Source of the DNA: a bacterium
Lineage (GTDB): Bacteria > SAR324 > NAC60-12
NCBI GenBank assembly: GCA_965209155.1
Contig: OZ242383.1
Location: 3,968,001 to 4,032,000 of the forward strand
Direction of reading: 5' to 3'
Length of the DNA stretch: 64,000 nucleotides
The notes beneath the pieces are model-generated. The model was not told where the DNA came from and ran no database searches. It was given only the letters and a program-made list of their open reading frames with translations. The translations under genes and the position numbers were made by a program. This document shows positions 40,374-51,002 of this stretch, in pieces. Within the stretch, counting starts at the first letter, position 1. Each line of letters opens with the position of its first letter.

Positions 40374-41195
40374 TTAAATCAAATGCGTCATTTCTACTAT
40401 CAAAGACAACAGCAACAGAAATGAAGCAATGATGGACCAAATTGCACTAAATCGTTGCTGATGTCCCGGAAATAATCGACGCAGCAGAAACAATGCGTAA
40501 AACAACCAAACCAGCAATACAATTCCAAGACGCCAGATATTTCGCACACTTTGCAGTCCGTCACTGAGCAATATTCCCAAAATCAATCCAAGGGTGAAGA
40601 AAAGAAATCCCATGGTGACTGACCGGTTGCTTATTTGATCAAGGGTGGTTAGCGAAGGGAAACGATGTATGAGCACCTTGACCAGCTTGGTTTTAATTTG
40701 ATGCTCTTGATAGAGAAACAAAATACTGGAAATACAAGAGATCCCAAAAAGTATATATCCTGCAATCAGCGTGGTGATGTGACTGATCAACAATGTTTGA
40801 TGAAAAAGTTGCGCATGCTGAATCGAAGCCAATGTGGGTAAATTTTGCTTAAGAAATCCCCAGGAAATCAGCAACAAAATCACCGTAAAAAGTGGGATAC
40901 TGGTAGCGCTTATCTCACTGTTTATCCATTTCCTGAAGAGCAGGTAAATAAAAACAGGCAGCCAGGCGATGGTATTGATTATGTCGGGAATAAGTCGCTC
41001 AGGCCACGAATGGGTGAACAGGATTAAGATCAAGATAACCGCATGCAGCAGACAAGCGCCTTGAAGAGTACGAATTCCAAAAAGAGGAGAAAGGCTCAAA
41101 TATTTTTCAAACAATGAAAATTGACTGCACCAGCCGATCAAATATAGACCGATACTCGCCAAAATTCCTACTTCAATAAACATTTTTTGATCCAC
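40374..41195 (-). CDS. Cytochrome c assembly protein family (CcsA/HemX/YpjD-like)
   Basis: Multiple TM helices, conserved His, PSLTTLD, GFLFFTLGLILG. Confidence 0.75.
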   Translation of the reverse strand: MDQKMFIEVGILASIGLYLIGWCSQFSLFEKYLSLSPLFGIRTLQGACLLHAVILILILFTHSWPERLIPDIINTIAWLPVFIYLLFRKWINSEISATSIPLFTVILLLISWGFLKQNLPTLASIQHAQLFHQTLLISHITTLIAGYILFGISCISSILFLYQEHQIKTKLVKVLIHRFPSLTTLDQISNRSVTMGFLFFTLGLILGILLSDGLQSVRNIWRLGIVLLVWLFYALFLLRRLFPGHQQRFSAIWSIIASFLLLLSLIVEMTHLI

Positions 41196-41241
41196 TACAA
41201 AGCGAACGGGGCTCAGGCAAGGTATTAAAAAGCAAGAATTG

Positions 41242-43458
41242 TTATTCGATTTTCCTCACGATTTTTAAAGAGCGCAGCTGCGATAAAATCTTATGAAAAG
41301 TTCTGGAGGGAATGGGTTCCAGAGTTATATGCATGGAAGCGTCTTCCCCAAAACGTCCACTTTGAATGTCAAAAATGCCCACTCCCAGATTCTTGATGGT
41401 TTTTGTGACTTGATATAACACTCCAGGTTTGTCTATGGTGATCAGGTGGATATAGCGGGTATGGATATCGTCTTGCACGGGCAGTGCCCATCCTACGGAA
41501 ACCAAGTCTTTTTTCCCTTTGATTTCATTACAAATGCTCCGGTGGATTTGCAACTCCCGTTCTTCGGTCAAATAACCGGAAACTCGATCTTTTGGTAGAG
41601 GAGAACAGCAAGGAGCAAAGTGCAGAAAAGGATCATTCACGTCTTCAATGAGAAATTCATGAGTACCGGATTTAAAGAAGGGTTCTAAAAATCGCACCTG
41701 CCAGTTGCGACGATCGAGTCTACTTTGATTGACCAACTGATGTTTTTTGAAGAACCGTCGAATATGGATTTTTTTAGTTCCTATGAGTTCTAAAAATTTT
41801 TGAAAGGTTATTTTTTCCTTTTCCAGTGCATCTCGAAATGCAGTTGAATGAATGAATTGATCTGATTCTTCTCCCAAGCGTCGCAATTCCCGTCGAAGCG
41901 ATTCCTCCCAAACTTGACGAGTGCGGAGTGTGTTTTGAATACGCAAAGCTCGTTGGATTGCAATTTTACTCTTGGTGGTGATAATATGATTTAACCAATC
42001 CCGATGCGGCTTGATACTGGAATCGGTCAGAATTTGCACCCGCTCGCCATCAAACAGTTCTCTTTCGCGTGGAACCCGTTTGCTTGCCGTAGCATAGGTG
42101 TGCGCCCCTTGAGAGACATTCACCACCGCTCCGATACACGTATTGCCCAAATCCGAATGAATATGGTATGCCAGATCCAGAACTGTGGCACCTTTGGGGA
42201 AAAAACAAACTTCTCCTTTAGGAGTAAATACCTGAATTTGAACTGCATGCGAATAACGTAATACGTCTTCCATATGCGGTTCTTTCTCACCAACTATATG
42301 GTCGATTTGCTCCAGATAAATACGATAATATTCCGCCAATTCGCTGGAGGTGCCTTTCCAGGAAGCCATAATTCCATGCCAATTGAGCGCGTGCATTTCC
42401 CGGGTTGCAATTTCAACGCATGTCACTTCACCTTCCACAATAATTTCAGTTTGCAATCCCCTGTAACCGTCCCAGCGTGGATTGCTGATGAAGTCCTTTA
42501 TTTTGAGAGGAATGGCTCGGAAATGAATGTGTAGAATTCCCAATACGCGGTAAGTGTCCATGACCTCTTCTACCAGAATACGAAAGCCCTCTAATATCCG
42601 GTCCACTTCCATCTTGAGGATATAAACATCAGGAGGGGTAAAAATAGGGTCTACATCAATGTGGGATAATTTTTCTTTGGAAAGAGTCGAGCGCAACAAT
42701 TCGCACATATCCTGAATTGCCGATTGTCTTTCTCGCTTGAGTTTTTGCAGTTTTGCAATGGTTTCTCGATAGCGATTCGGATAGAGGTATTTGAAGCACA
42801 ACTCAGTGAATTCCTGGCTGATTTTTTCCAATCCCAGGCGTTTCGCCAGGGGAACGTAGACATTGAAAGTTTCCTGACTGATCCGTCTTTGTTTGTGCCG
42901 CGGCATAGGCGCCAGATCACGCAGATTATCCAACCTGTCAAAGAGTTTGATAAAAAGTATCCGTACATCCTTGACCATGGTGGAGAGCATCTTGTGATAA
43001 GTTGCCAGATTAGCCTGGGTGTTTCCGCTTTTATCATTGGGATGAATGATTTTCGTCAGCGCATCGACCATCTCAGCATACCAATCTCCGTAACGAGCAC
43101 GGATCTGTTCTTTGGTGATCTCGGTGTCTTCAATCAAATCGTGTAATAAAGCGACGATGACAGTAGGCGCATCCAAACCTGCTTCACAAATGGACCAGGC
43201 GACCCGTAAAGGATGAATTGGAGTCGGCTCTCCCGATTGGCGTTTTTGATGGCCTTGGTGGGTAGTGAGGTCTTCGAACGCATATTCGAGCTTCATGAGC
43301 TCTTCTCCCTTGTTTTGCGCACGCAAGTATTCCCGGATTTCTTTTTGTAATTGTTCAATTGTTTTGGTGACGGAATTGGAATTTTCCGACCTTGCAATGG
43401 CCAACATTTCTCGTTCCTCGTGAATTTCAGAAGATGCAATCGCATTGGGAATGCTCAT
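41242..43458 (-). CDS. Long RelA/SpoT homologue (HD-SYN-TGS-ZFD-ACT) with degenerate synthetase domain
   Basis: QKRQSGEP, ALLHDLIEDT, DRLDN, VFTPKG, CCSPLP, DKPGVL. Confidence 0.88.
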   Translation of the reverse strand: MSIPNAIASSEIHEEREMLAIARSENSNSVTKTIEQLQKEIREYLRAQNKGEELMKLEYAFEDLTTHQGHQKRQSGEPTPIHPLRVAWSICEAGLDAPTVIVALLHDLIEDTEITKEQIRARYGDWYAEMVDALTKIIHPNDKSGNTQANLATYHKMLSTMVKDVRILFIKLFDRLDNLRDLAPMPRHKQRRISQETFNVYVPLAKRLGLEKISQEFTELCFKYLYPNRYRETIAKLQKLKRERQSAIQDMCELLRSTLSKEKLSHIDVDPIFTPPDVYILKMEVDRILEGFRILVEEVMDTYRVLGILHIHFRAIPLKIKDFISNPRWDGYRGLQTEIIVEGEVTCVEIATREMHALNWHGIMASWKGTSSELAEYYRIYLEQIDHIVGEKEPHMEDVLRYSHAVQIQVFTPKGEVCFFPKGATVLDLAYHIHSDLGNTCIGAVVNVSQGAHTYATASKRVPRERELFDGERVQILTDSSIKPHRDWLNHIITTKSKIAIQRALRIQNTLRTRQVWEESLRRELRRLGEESDQFIHSTAFRDALEKEKITFQKFLELIGTKKIHIRRFFKKHQLVNQSRLDRRNWQVRFLEPFFKSGTHEFLIEDVNDPFLHFAPCCSPLPKDRVSGYLTEERELQIHRSICNEIKGKKDLVSVGWALPVQDDIHTRYIHLITIDKPGVLYQVTKTIKNLGVGIFDIQSGRFGEDASMHITLEPIPSRTFHKILSQLRSLKIVRKIE

Positions 43459-43633
43459 TCCCTCCATGGAGAAAACAGCATATATTAATGCGTACAAGAA
43501 ATATAAAATAATATCAAGGAATAATCTATCCTCTTCCTGGCATTTTCCGGATTATCTCTCCCTTGAAGACAAAGATCTCTCACTGTTTTAGTTTTCGCAG
43601 GTTTTGCCCTTTACTTCCTTCTTTTCCTGTTTG

Positions 43634-43713
43634 AACCTGAATTCGAGATAAGAATTTAATAAATTCAATAGGTTATGGAATCTTCATATCTTAGAGAAAC
43701 CTTGTCATTCCTG
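43634..43713. repeat. Truncated copy of the 16490-16701 MITE-like element
   Basis: aacctgaattcgagataag...ttatggaatcttcat...ccttgtcattcctg matches its left part. Confidence 0.7.
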
Positions 43714-43828
43714 CGAATGTCTGATACGTCGAAATTAATTAACTTGTTTTCACGCCTTCATATCTTAATCTCTTCTGTCTACTTGCAAGGATTGGGCACA
43801 AATAAGCGATTGGTTAGAAATCGGGAAA

Positions 43829-44635
43829 ATGAATAGTTTTCAAGCGTTTTTATTGGGAGTCGTCCAGGGACTTGCTGAATTTCTACCCATAAGTAGTACG
43901 GCCCATCTGCGAATAGTCCCTCATTTACTTGGTTGGTTAGACCCGGGAGCGGCCTTTTCGGCAGTAGTTCAACTAGGAACTCTGCTGGCTGTTCTGATAT
44001 ACTTCAGAAAAGATATCGTCCTCTTGACCCGTGAGGCTTTGCGCAGCGTTGTGAAGCAGAATTTGAATCTTTCCCGGGAAGCATACCTGGCATGGGCTAT
44101 TGCTGCGGGAACGATTCCGATCGTCGTAACGGGAATCATTTTCAAAGAGTTCATTGAGCAGGAAGCACGTGCTTTACGATTGATTGGCAGTAGTCTGATC
44201 GTCTTTGCGATTTTGTTGTATCTTTCGGAAAGATTTTCCAGGCAAAATCGCGAAATCTACGATCTCGATATCAAAGAAGTCATATTTATCGGCATCTGCC
44301 AGGCTTTTGCTTTGGTCCCTGGATGTTCCCGCTCCGGTTCCACCATCATGGGGGGATTGTTCTTGGGATTGGATCGTGAAAATGCAGCCCGTTTTTCATT
44401 CTTGCTTGGATTGCCCGCCATTGCAGGAAGTGGTTTTCTGCAACTTCATATCTTAATCGACGCTGGTTTGAGTGCTATAGGATTTTTCAATCTCACTATC
44501 GGCATTGTAGCTGCTTTTGTCAGTGGTTATCTTTCTATAGAACTTTTGTTGCGATTTATAAAAAAATATGGAACCATCGTTTTTGTTCTTTACCGGGTGA
44601 TCTTGGGTTCACTGGTTTTATTTGTCTGGTCATAA
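43829..44635 (+). CDS. uppP: Undecaprenyl-diphosphatase
   Basis: QGLAEFLPISSTAH, PGCSRSGST, AARFSFLL. Confidence 0.95.
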   Translation: MNSFQAFLLGVVQGLAEFLPISSTAHLRIVPHLLGWLDPGAAFSAVVQLGTLLAVLIYFRKDIVLLTREALRSVVKQNLNLSREAYLAWAIAAGTIPIVVTGIIFKEFIEQEARALRLIGSSLIVFAILLYLSERFSRQNREIYDLDIKEVIFIGICQAFALVPGCSRSGSTIMGGLFLGLDRENAARFSFLLGLPAIAGSGFLQLHILIDAGLSAIGFFNLTIGIVAAFVSGYLSIELLLRFIKKYGTIVFVLYRVILGSLVLFVWS

Positions 44636-44662
44636 TTCACTCCTCTTTGCTTTTTCTACACG

Positions 44663-46123
44663 ATGAAATCCAACCTTTGGAAAATCCTGGTGATCGGTAT
44701 TTTCATTTCTTTCGGATTGGCAAAAGCCTTCGCGGAAAACTTATTGATCGAGCCTTCTGTTGTTTTGCTCACTAACCATAAACAAGTGCCAGACTGGCTT
44801 GCTCCCTGGAAAAGAGGATTCACCACCTCCGGCAATGGCACCGGTTTTTTGATCCAAAATCAATGGATTCTCACCAATGCCCACGTCGTAAGCAATTCAC
44901 GCTTATTGCTGATTAAAAAAATTTCAAATCCCCGCCCTTATATTGCCCGTGTGATCGCCATCGCCCATGATTCGGATTTAGCAATTATCAAAGCGGAGGA
45001 TCCCTCATTTTATGACGATATGAGACCACTCACACTGGGAAAGTTGCCGAAGTTGCAAAGCCGGGTGAGGACTTATGGTTATCCCATTGGTGGCACCACG
45101 ATATCCCGAACAGAAGGCGTGGTTTCTCGAATAGAGTTTGGCACTTATCTCCATTCAGGAGTGGACGCGCATCTGATTATCCAAACGGACTCTGCCATCA
45201 ATCCCGGTAACAGCGGAGGACCGGTCATTCAAGACAATAAGGTGGTCGGTGTGGCTTTTCAATCCAATCCAAACTTGGACGATGTGGGTTATTTAATTCC
45301 TGCACCACTGGTTCAGCGATTTCTGAGAGATTTGGAAGATGGGAGCTATGATGGAGTGCCTGAAATCGGAATTCAGGTCAGCAATTTGCTCAATGAGCAC
45401 CTCCATCGTTTTTTGAAATTGCCTGCAGGCCAGCAAGGCGTTTTAGTCGATCGAGTTATTCCTGATTCTTCTGCGGATGGGAAAATCAAAGAAGGCGATG
45501 TTCTGGTGGAAATTGGCGATACCGCTATTGATGCGGCAGGGATGGTGAATTATGAAGGCCATCGCGTGCCTTTTCATATCATGGCTGAACATCAAGTGAT
45601 AGGGGATTCCTTGAAAGTGCTTCTCTGGCGCGATCAAAAATATGTTGAAGTGGACCTGCTCCTGAAACTTCCTCCTTTTAACAATGAATTCCGTCTGAGC
45701 TACGATGTTCATCCCCAATATCTTATTTTTGGTGGATTGGTTTTTACTCCTTTAAATCGAAACTACATTCAAACCGGACCTGTTTCACCTGCCCTTATTT
45801 ATGAACATTTATTTCGACATGCCGAAAAACCGGACACGCAGCGAGAGCAAGTGGTAGTCATCATCCGCTCCCTGCCTTCACCCGTCAATGCAGGATATAC
45901 GGACCTTAAAAATTTCGTGGTGAACCGGGTCAATGGAATCACCGTTCATTCCCTTGCGCATTTGAAAGCGACATTGGAACGATTGAAAGAAGAAAAAGTG
46001 AATTTTTATGCTTTCGACAGCATCTGGGATCCCACTCTGATCATTCTCGACAGAATGCTCGTTAACAAGGAGCATGAAAGGATTTTACAACGTTATGGTA
46101 TACCACAGGGAGAACGGCTTTGA
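44663..46123 (+). CDS. HtrA/Deg family serine protease with PDZ domains (Deg2-like)
   Basis: TNAHVV, SDLA, INPGNSGGP catalytic triad; GGLVFTPL second-PDZ motif. Confidence 0.92.
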   Translation: MKSNLWKILVIGIFISFGLAKAFAENLLIEPSVVLLTNHKQVPDWLAPWKRGFTTSGNGTGFLIQNQWILTNAHVVSNSRLLLIKKISNPRPYIARVIAIAHDSDLAIIKAEDPSFYDDMRPLTLGKLPKLQSRVRTYGYPIGGTTISRTEGVVSRIEFGTYLHSGVDAHLIIQTDSAINPGNSGGPVIQDNKVVGVAFQSNPNLDDVGYLIPAPLVQRFLRDLEDGSYDGVPEIGIQVSNLLNEHLHRFLKLPAGQQGVLVDRVIPDSSADGKIKEGDVLVEIGDTAIDAAGMVNYEGHRVPFHIMAEHQVIGDSLKVLLWRDQKYVEVDLLLKLPPFNNEFRLSYDVHPQYLIFGGLVFTPLNRNYIQTGPVSPALIYEHLFRHAEKPDTQREQVVVIIRSLPSPVNAGYTDLKNFVVNRVNGITVHSLAHLKATLERLKEEKVNFYAFDSIWDPTLIILDRMLVNKEHERILQRYGIPQGERL

Positions 46124-47592
46124 AAAACTGCTTTTTGATTTTATTGATTTTTTGTGTCATATGTCCTCCGGCTCTTGGAAGCGAGACTGATACCGAATCG
46201 CTCGATACCCCAAAATTGCAGAATAAAGTCGTGGTAATTCTCAGTTACCAACAGTCGTATGACTGGTTGATCCCTTGGAATAAAAAAGCACTACGACAAA
46301 GCACCGGAGCGGCTTTGGTTATAGCACCGCAGCTACTATTGACAACTGCGGAATTGGTCAGCAACCACACTTTGATTGAGGTGAGAAAACCAGGAGAACC
46401 CGATTCCTATGAAGCCGAGATCCACTTGCTTGATTATGGAATTAATCTAGCTCTACTCTATGTTTCAGATCCCCGGTTTTGGCATGGTTTGAGCCCGGTG
46501 GAGTGGGGAGAATTGGAATTGGGAAGCGGTGAAATCGTCTACTGGAAAAATAAAAATGAATGGCAATCTATTTCAGCGGATATAAAGCATCTTTTTGTCG
46601 GATATCGCTCACGCAGTCAGTCTCGATTCCCCATTCTGGAAGTGATTGCCTCGCTAAAATCCGATGTTCAGGGGAATCCTCTGGTTCAAAATGACAAAAT
46701 TGTTGGCATGGTGATGCAGAAACGGGATTCCAATCTGGATGTTTTCCCCGCATCGCTTTTGCAGGCATTTGTTGAACGATCGAATCAAGAGCCTTATCAA
46801 AGTTTTCCACAAAGAGGATTTGGCTGGCACAAGATCCCTCAAGAAACCGTTCGCGACTATTTGCAAATACCTGAAAATCTTACAGGAATTTTGATTGATC
46901 AAATCTGGCATTACGGCACGGGTTCCGATGTTTTACAACCTTACGATTTTTTAGTTTCCATAGAAGGATGGCAGATTTCCAATGAAGGTAAAATTGAACA
47001 TCCACAGTGGGGCAACGTAACTTTCGATTTTTTACTGACTGATTTGCATACACAGGATTTTATAACCTTGGAGTTGGTGCGAGAGGGCATGCCGATTACC
47101 TTGCAAAGTAAACTTGTCGATTTCCCTGCAGATCGTCATTCGGTGCCTCTTAGAAACGTAATGGAACCTCCTCGATATGTATTACGTGGCGGGTTGTTGT
47201 TTCAGGAATTGAATATGAATTACCTGGAACTGTGGGGAAAAGAGTGGAGGAAAAAAGCCCCGATACGCTTGAGTATTTACCAGCAGCTTGAAGCCGAACT
47301 TGCTCAAAATAAAAACCGTCGTTTGGTGCTGCTCACCCGGGTTTTACCAGCGCCTATCAACATAGGTTTCCAAAATTTACACAATCTGATAGTTACTGAA
47401 ATCAATAACCGTCCCATTCAAAATTTAAAGGACGTGGTGTACGCTTTTCAGCATCCCAAGGGATCATACCATCAAGTCAGATTTTTACCAGGCTCTGATA
47501 GAGCATTTCTGGTTTTACCAGTTGATGAAATACAGGCGACTGATCAGCAAATTCTTCAACATTTTCAAATACCTCGACTCGAAAGACTATAA
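46120..47592 (+). CDS. Deg-like paralog lacking the catalytic triad
   Basis: Colinear with the upstream protease but has TTAELV, INLA and DVQGNP. Confidence 0.8.
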   Translation: MKNCFLILLIFCVICPPALGSETDTESLDTPKLQNKVVVILSYQQSYDWLIPWNKKALRQSTGAALVIAPQLLLTTAELVSNHTLIEVRKPGEPDSYEAEIHLLDYGINLALLYVSDPRFWHGLSPVEWGELELGSGEIVYWKNKNEWQSISADIKHLFVGYRSRSQSRFPILEVIASLKSDVQGNPLVQNDKIVGMVMQKRDSNLDVFPASLLQAFVERSNQEPYQSFPQRGFGWHKIPQETVRDYLQIPENLTGILIDQIWHYGTGSDVLQPYDFLVSIEGWQISNEGKIEHPQWGNVTFDFLLTDLHTQDFITLELVREGMPITLQSKLVDFPADRHSVPLRNVMEPPRYVLRGGLLFQELNMNYLELWGKEWRKKAPIRLSIYQQLEAELAQNKNRRLVLLTRVLPAPINIGFQNLHNLIVTEINNRPIQNLKDVVYAFQHPKGSYHQVRFLPGSDRAFLVLPVDEIQATDQQILQHFQIPRLERL

Positions 47593-47662
47593 CCGCCTCA
47601 CCTCGTCCCAATGCAATTGATTTCTAAAATCTTCTTTTAACGCTGACCTCTAAGGTTTTCTC

Positions 47663-48745
47663 ATGAAGCAAGTCGATTTTTCTGCAGCAAACTGTCTCAA
47701 TCTTGCTGAATTTCTCCAGAAAACCAGTTCAGTGATTCAGGAAAACATTTTGGATTTAATTCCCGGTGAGAATAAGAAGGATCGGTCAGAGAATCGTTTT
47801 CTTTATGATTTAATGCGGGACTACCCTTTGCGAGGAGGGAAAAAGTTTCGCTCTGCCCTTGTTTTCTTATCCTGTGAATGGTTCGGAGGGACGATTGCCC
47901 AAGCCCTGCATTCCGCATTGGCATTTGAGTTGTTTCAAAATTTTGCTTTGATACACGACGACATTGAAGACAATTCTTTGATGCGCAGGGGGAAGGCGGC
48001 CTTGCACCGTCTCTATGGGATTCCACTGGCCCTGAATGCTGGCGACAACATGTTCTGTCTGGTCTATCATACACTACTTTCCAATCGATCCATCCTTGGT
48101 GATGAATTGTCGTTTCGTATTTTAAAACTCTTCAATGAAATCTCTAAACAGACTTTTGAAGGACAGGCCATGGATATCGGTTGGGTATTTCATGATGTTT
48201 TTCCCGACAGAAACGCGTACCAGAAAATGATCACCCGCAAAACAGGTTGGTACTCTGGCAGGGGGCCTTGCCAGTGTGGTGCAATGATTGGTGGTGCCAG
48301 TGAGGAAAACTTAGGGCTTATAGGACAATTTGGGGAAGCCATTGGCATCGGATTTCAAGCAAGAGACGACATTTTGAATTTAATCTCAAATAGTGAAAAA
48401 CGAGCTCCATTTGCCAATTCGGGAGGATATGGAAAAGAAAGAGGTGGCGATATTGCGGAAGGCAAACGCACTTTGATTATGATTGAATTGTTCGAACGGT
48501 TGCAACCAAATAAAAAAGAGCAATTGCATCAAATCCTCCTCAAGTCTCGAGAAGAAACGACAGAAACAGAAGTGGAATGGGTCATTGAACAGGCAAAAAC
48601 TTCCGGAGCCCTGGATTCTGCTATTGCATACTGTCGAGATCAAGCAATACGTGCCTGGGAAAACCTGGATCAATTACCAGATCATCCCGTTCGTGGATTA
48701 ATGAAGTCATTGGTTTCTTATCTGACCATTGATCGAAATTCTTAA
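47663..48745 (+). CDS. Polyprenyl diphosphate synthase
   Basis: GGKKFR, LIHDDIED..MRRG, EGQAMD, FQARDDILN. Confidence 0.92.
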   Translation: MKQVDFSAANCLNLAEFLQKTSSVIQENILDLIPGENKKDRSENRFLYDLMRDYPLRGGKKFRSALVFLSCEWFGGTIAQALHSALAFELFQNFALIHDDIEDNSLMRRGKAALHRLYGIPLALNAGDNMFCLVYHTLLSNRSILGDELSFRILKLFNEISKQTFEGQAMDIGWVFHDVFPDRNAYQKMITRKTGWYSGRGPCQCGAMIGGASEENLGLIGQFGEAIGIGFQARDDILNLISNSEKRAPFANSGGYGKERGGDIAEGKRTLIMIELFERLQPNKKEQLHQILLKSREETTETEVEWVIEQAKTSGALDSAIAYCRDQAIRAWENLDQLPDHPVRGLMKSLVSYLTIDRNS

Positions 48746-49045
48746 ACAAATGTTGTGCGTTTGTTGCACGGCATAAGACTTTTATAAGTGAAAAATGGAA
48801 TTCATTCGATTGGTTTCTTTGTTCAAAAACGAACATTTTTATTTATAGATCGAATTCAGCATGGCTTTTTTTAAGAGCATGGTTGTTTGATTAAAGTTTT
48901 TTAAATTTTTTCTTTAAACATTATTCAAAATATTTTAAAAAGATCACTGGCTGGCTGAAAATGATTAAAAATTGAAGAAGATGGATGAGTAACCCTTTGA
49001 TCAATTTTCGCTAAGACTGCGTATGAACTTCTGACATCTGATGCA

Positions 49046-49456
49046 ATGACGTTGCTGGAAAAGCGATACCATGAAGAGTGGAAAAACATATCTCGATACA
49101 TTCGCGAATTGTTCAATTACCATTGCTCACGTTGCGGACTTTACTGTAGAGCAGCTGACAGCCAGAAAGATCTTCTCCAAGTACACCACATAGATGAAAA
49201 TCCGGAAAATAATAACTTTGAGAATCTGATCCCTCTTTGCGCAACCTGTCACTTACGAATCGAGAAAGAAGCGCGACTTCATGCGCCATATCGGAATCAA
49301 CAAAGCGAACTTTTTTCCGAGACTTATTGGACGACAATGCAAAAAATGAGAGAAGAAGGATTGAAAAAATACGGAGGCGTCGGGAAAAATCCCATGACCC
49401 ACATGTCCTCCGAAGAATTTGAATTGTTTGAGGTGGAAAGAGAATTGAACGGGTAA
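49046..49456 (+). CDS. HNH endonuclease
   Basis: CSRCG...VHHID...NLIPLCATCH. Confidence 0.85.
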   Translation: MTLLEKRYHEEWKNISRYIRELFNYHCSRCGLYCRAADSQKDLLQVHHIDENPENNNFENLIPLCATCHLRIEKEARLHAPYRNQQSELFSETYWTTMQKMREEGLKKYGGVGKNPMTHMSSEEFELFEVERELNG

Positions 49457-49616
49457 AGGATTGGATAAAACACTTCGCAACTAGTGACGAGGTATTAAGT
49501 TTGCTTAAGCAATCGTAGTCGCTTTCGAGGATTTGAATTTACTTATGGCTACAGCTATTTACAATGCAAGCAGCACGCTGCGGAGAATAAGACCCTAAGT
49601 GTTTTAAAGAGGATTT

Positions 49617-49895
49617 GTGGTTAAAGTAGATATTGTTCGCGCGCTTCAAAGAAAAGAAGGGTTATTATTTTCCGAGGCGGAACAAATTGTGAATGACTTG
49701 ATCGATATTATGAAAGAAACCTTGGAATCGGGTGATGAGATCCTGATCAGCGGATTTGGTAAATTCGGTCTTAGAGATAAAAATGCTCGTCCCGGGCGTG
49801 ACCCTAAGTCGAATCGAAAGTATATTATCAGCAAAAGAAGAGTTGTTACTTTCAGTCCATCAAAGGTTTGGAGAGAAGAATTGAGCGGAAAATAG
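49617..49895 (+). CDS. ihfA: Integration host factor alpha-like subunit
   Basis: ISGFGKF, RPGRDPK, RRVVTF. Confidence 0.8.
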   Translation: MVKVDIVRALQRKEGLLFSEAEQIVNDLIDIMKETLESGDEILISGFGKFGLRDKNARPGRDPKSNRKYIISKRRVVTFSPSKVWREELSGK

Positions 49896-49905
49896 CCAAC
49901 ATCAG

Positions 49906-50922
49906 CTATTCGCCATCAGGGAGTTTGCGGTGTAGTAATTGACGAAATGCTTCGTGGCAGTCTAAATCCTTATGAAGTATCTCGTAAACAGCGTGGCAAA
50001 TTGGCATCTGGATTCCATGTTTCACAGACAGTCGATAGAGCGAAATCGAATTATGAACCCCTTCGGTTACAAAGGCTTTTCCCAATAAGTATTCCTTGAA
50101 GGACATTCCCTTCCCCAGAGTAAGACCTAAAGTATAATTACGTGATAAAGGATCAGTCGCTGTCAAAATCAAGTCACCAATTCCAGACAATCCGAGGAAG
50201 GTTTCAATCTTTCCTCCCAATAACACTCCCAATCGCTTCATTTCTGCCAATCCACGGCATATCAAAGCAGCCCTGGCGTTGGATCCCAGCCCCATCCCGT
50301 CGCAAATACCGCAAGCAATCGCCAGTACGTTTTTAATGCTCCCCCCCATTTGTACTCCTACCAAATCAGAAGAAAGATAAATACGGAAGGTCGGCGCACT
50401 GAGAAGTTTTTGCAACTCCTTGCCGATTTGTGAATCTTCGCACGCCAATACAGCAGCAGCAGGCTTACCCTCTGCAATTTCTCTGGCAAAATTTGGTCCG
50501 GATAAAACTGCGATTGTTGGATTGGTCGTAATCGTCCGTTGATAAATTTCGCTCATTAACATCAAGCTTTTTGATTCGATCCCTTTAGTTAGAATCAAAA
50601 GCCGATGCTGTGTATTGATATGCGTCGAGAGACGCTTGGCAATTTCCTGAGTGACGTGGGAAGGAACGGCTAATACAAGATACTGATGCCTTTGCGCCAA
50701 CTCCGATAAATCATTCATGGCATTCAATTGAGGAGGAAGCGGGATGTCTGGAAGAAAAAGAGAGTTGTGATGATACTTGTTTATATTTGTCACTGTTTCG
50801 TGTTCGTGGGCCCAGAGAGTGACTCGACGATTATTACGAACCTGGAGGCATGCCATTGCGGTACCCCATGCTCCCGCACCAATAATGCCAATCTCCTGGA
50901 ATTTTTTAATTTCAGACATCAA
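49906..50922 (-). CDS. gpsA: NAD(P)H-dependent glycerol-3-phosphate dehydrogenase
   Basis: GAGAWGTA, LSGPNFA, KNVLAIACG, GDLILT. Confidence 0.95.
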   Translation of the reverse strand: MMSEIKKFQEIGIIGAGAWGTAMACLQVRNNRRVTLWAHEHETVTNINKYHHNSLFLPDIPLPPQLNAMNDLSELAQRHQYLVLAVPSHVTQEIAKRLSTHINTQHRLLILTKGIESKSLMLMSEIYQRTITTNPTIAVLSGPNFAREIAEGKPAAAVLACEDSQIGKELQKLLSAPTFRIYLSSDLVGVQMGGSIKNVLAIACGICDGMGLGSNARAALICRGLAEMKRLGVLLGGKIETFLGLSGIGDLILTATDPLSRNYTLGLTLGKGMSFKEYLLGKAFVTEGVHNSISLYRLSVKHGIQMPICHAVYEILHKDLDCHEAFRQLLHRKLPDGE

Positions 50923-51002
50923 TCACTTACTGGTTGGAATGTAAAAAATCTGATTTTTCAGATAGCATCACCTGAAAAAATCAAAATCAGGCTATGCAAT
51001 CA

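Noticed and set aside
49046..49456. HNH gene as IscB/Cas9-like nuclease or as mobiliser of the repeats
   Set aside because: Only 136 aa, no RuvC or HUH motifs, not flanked by element ends
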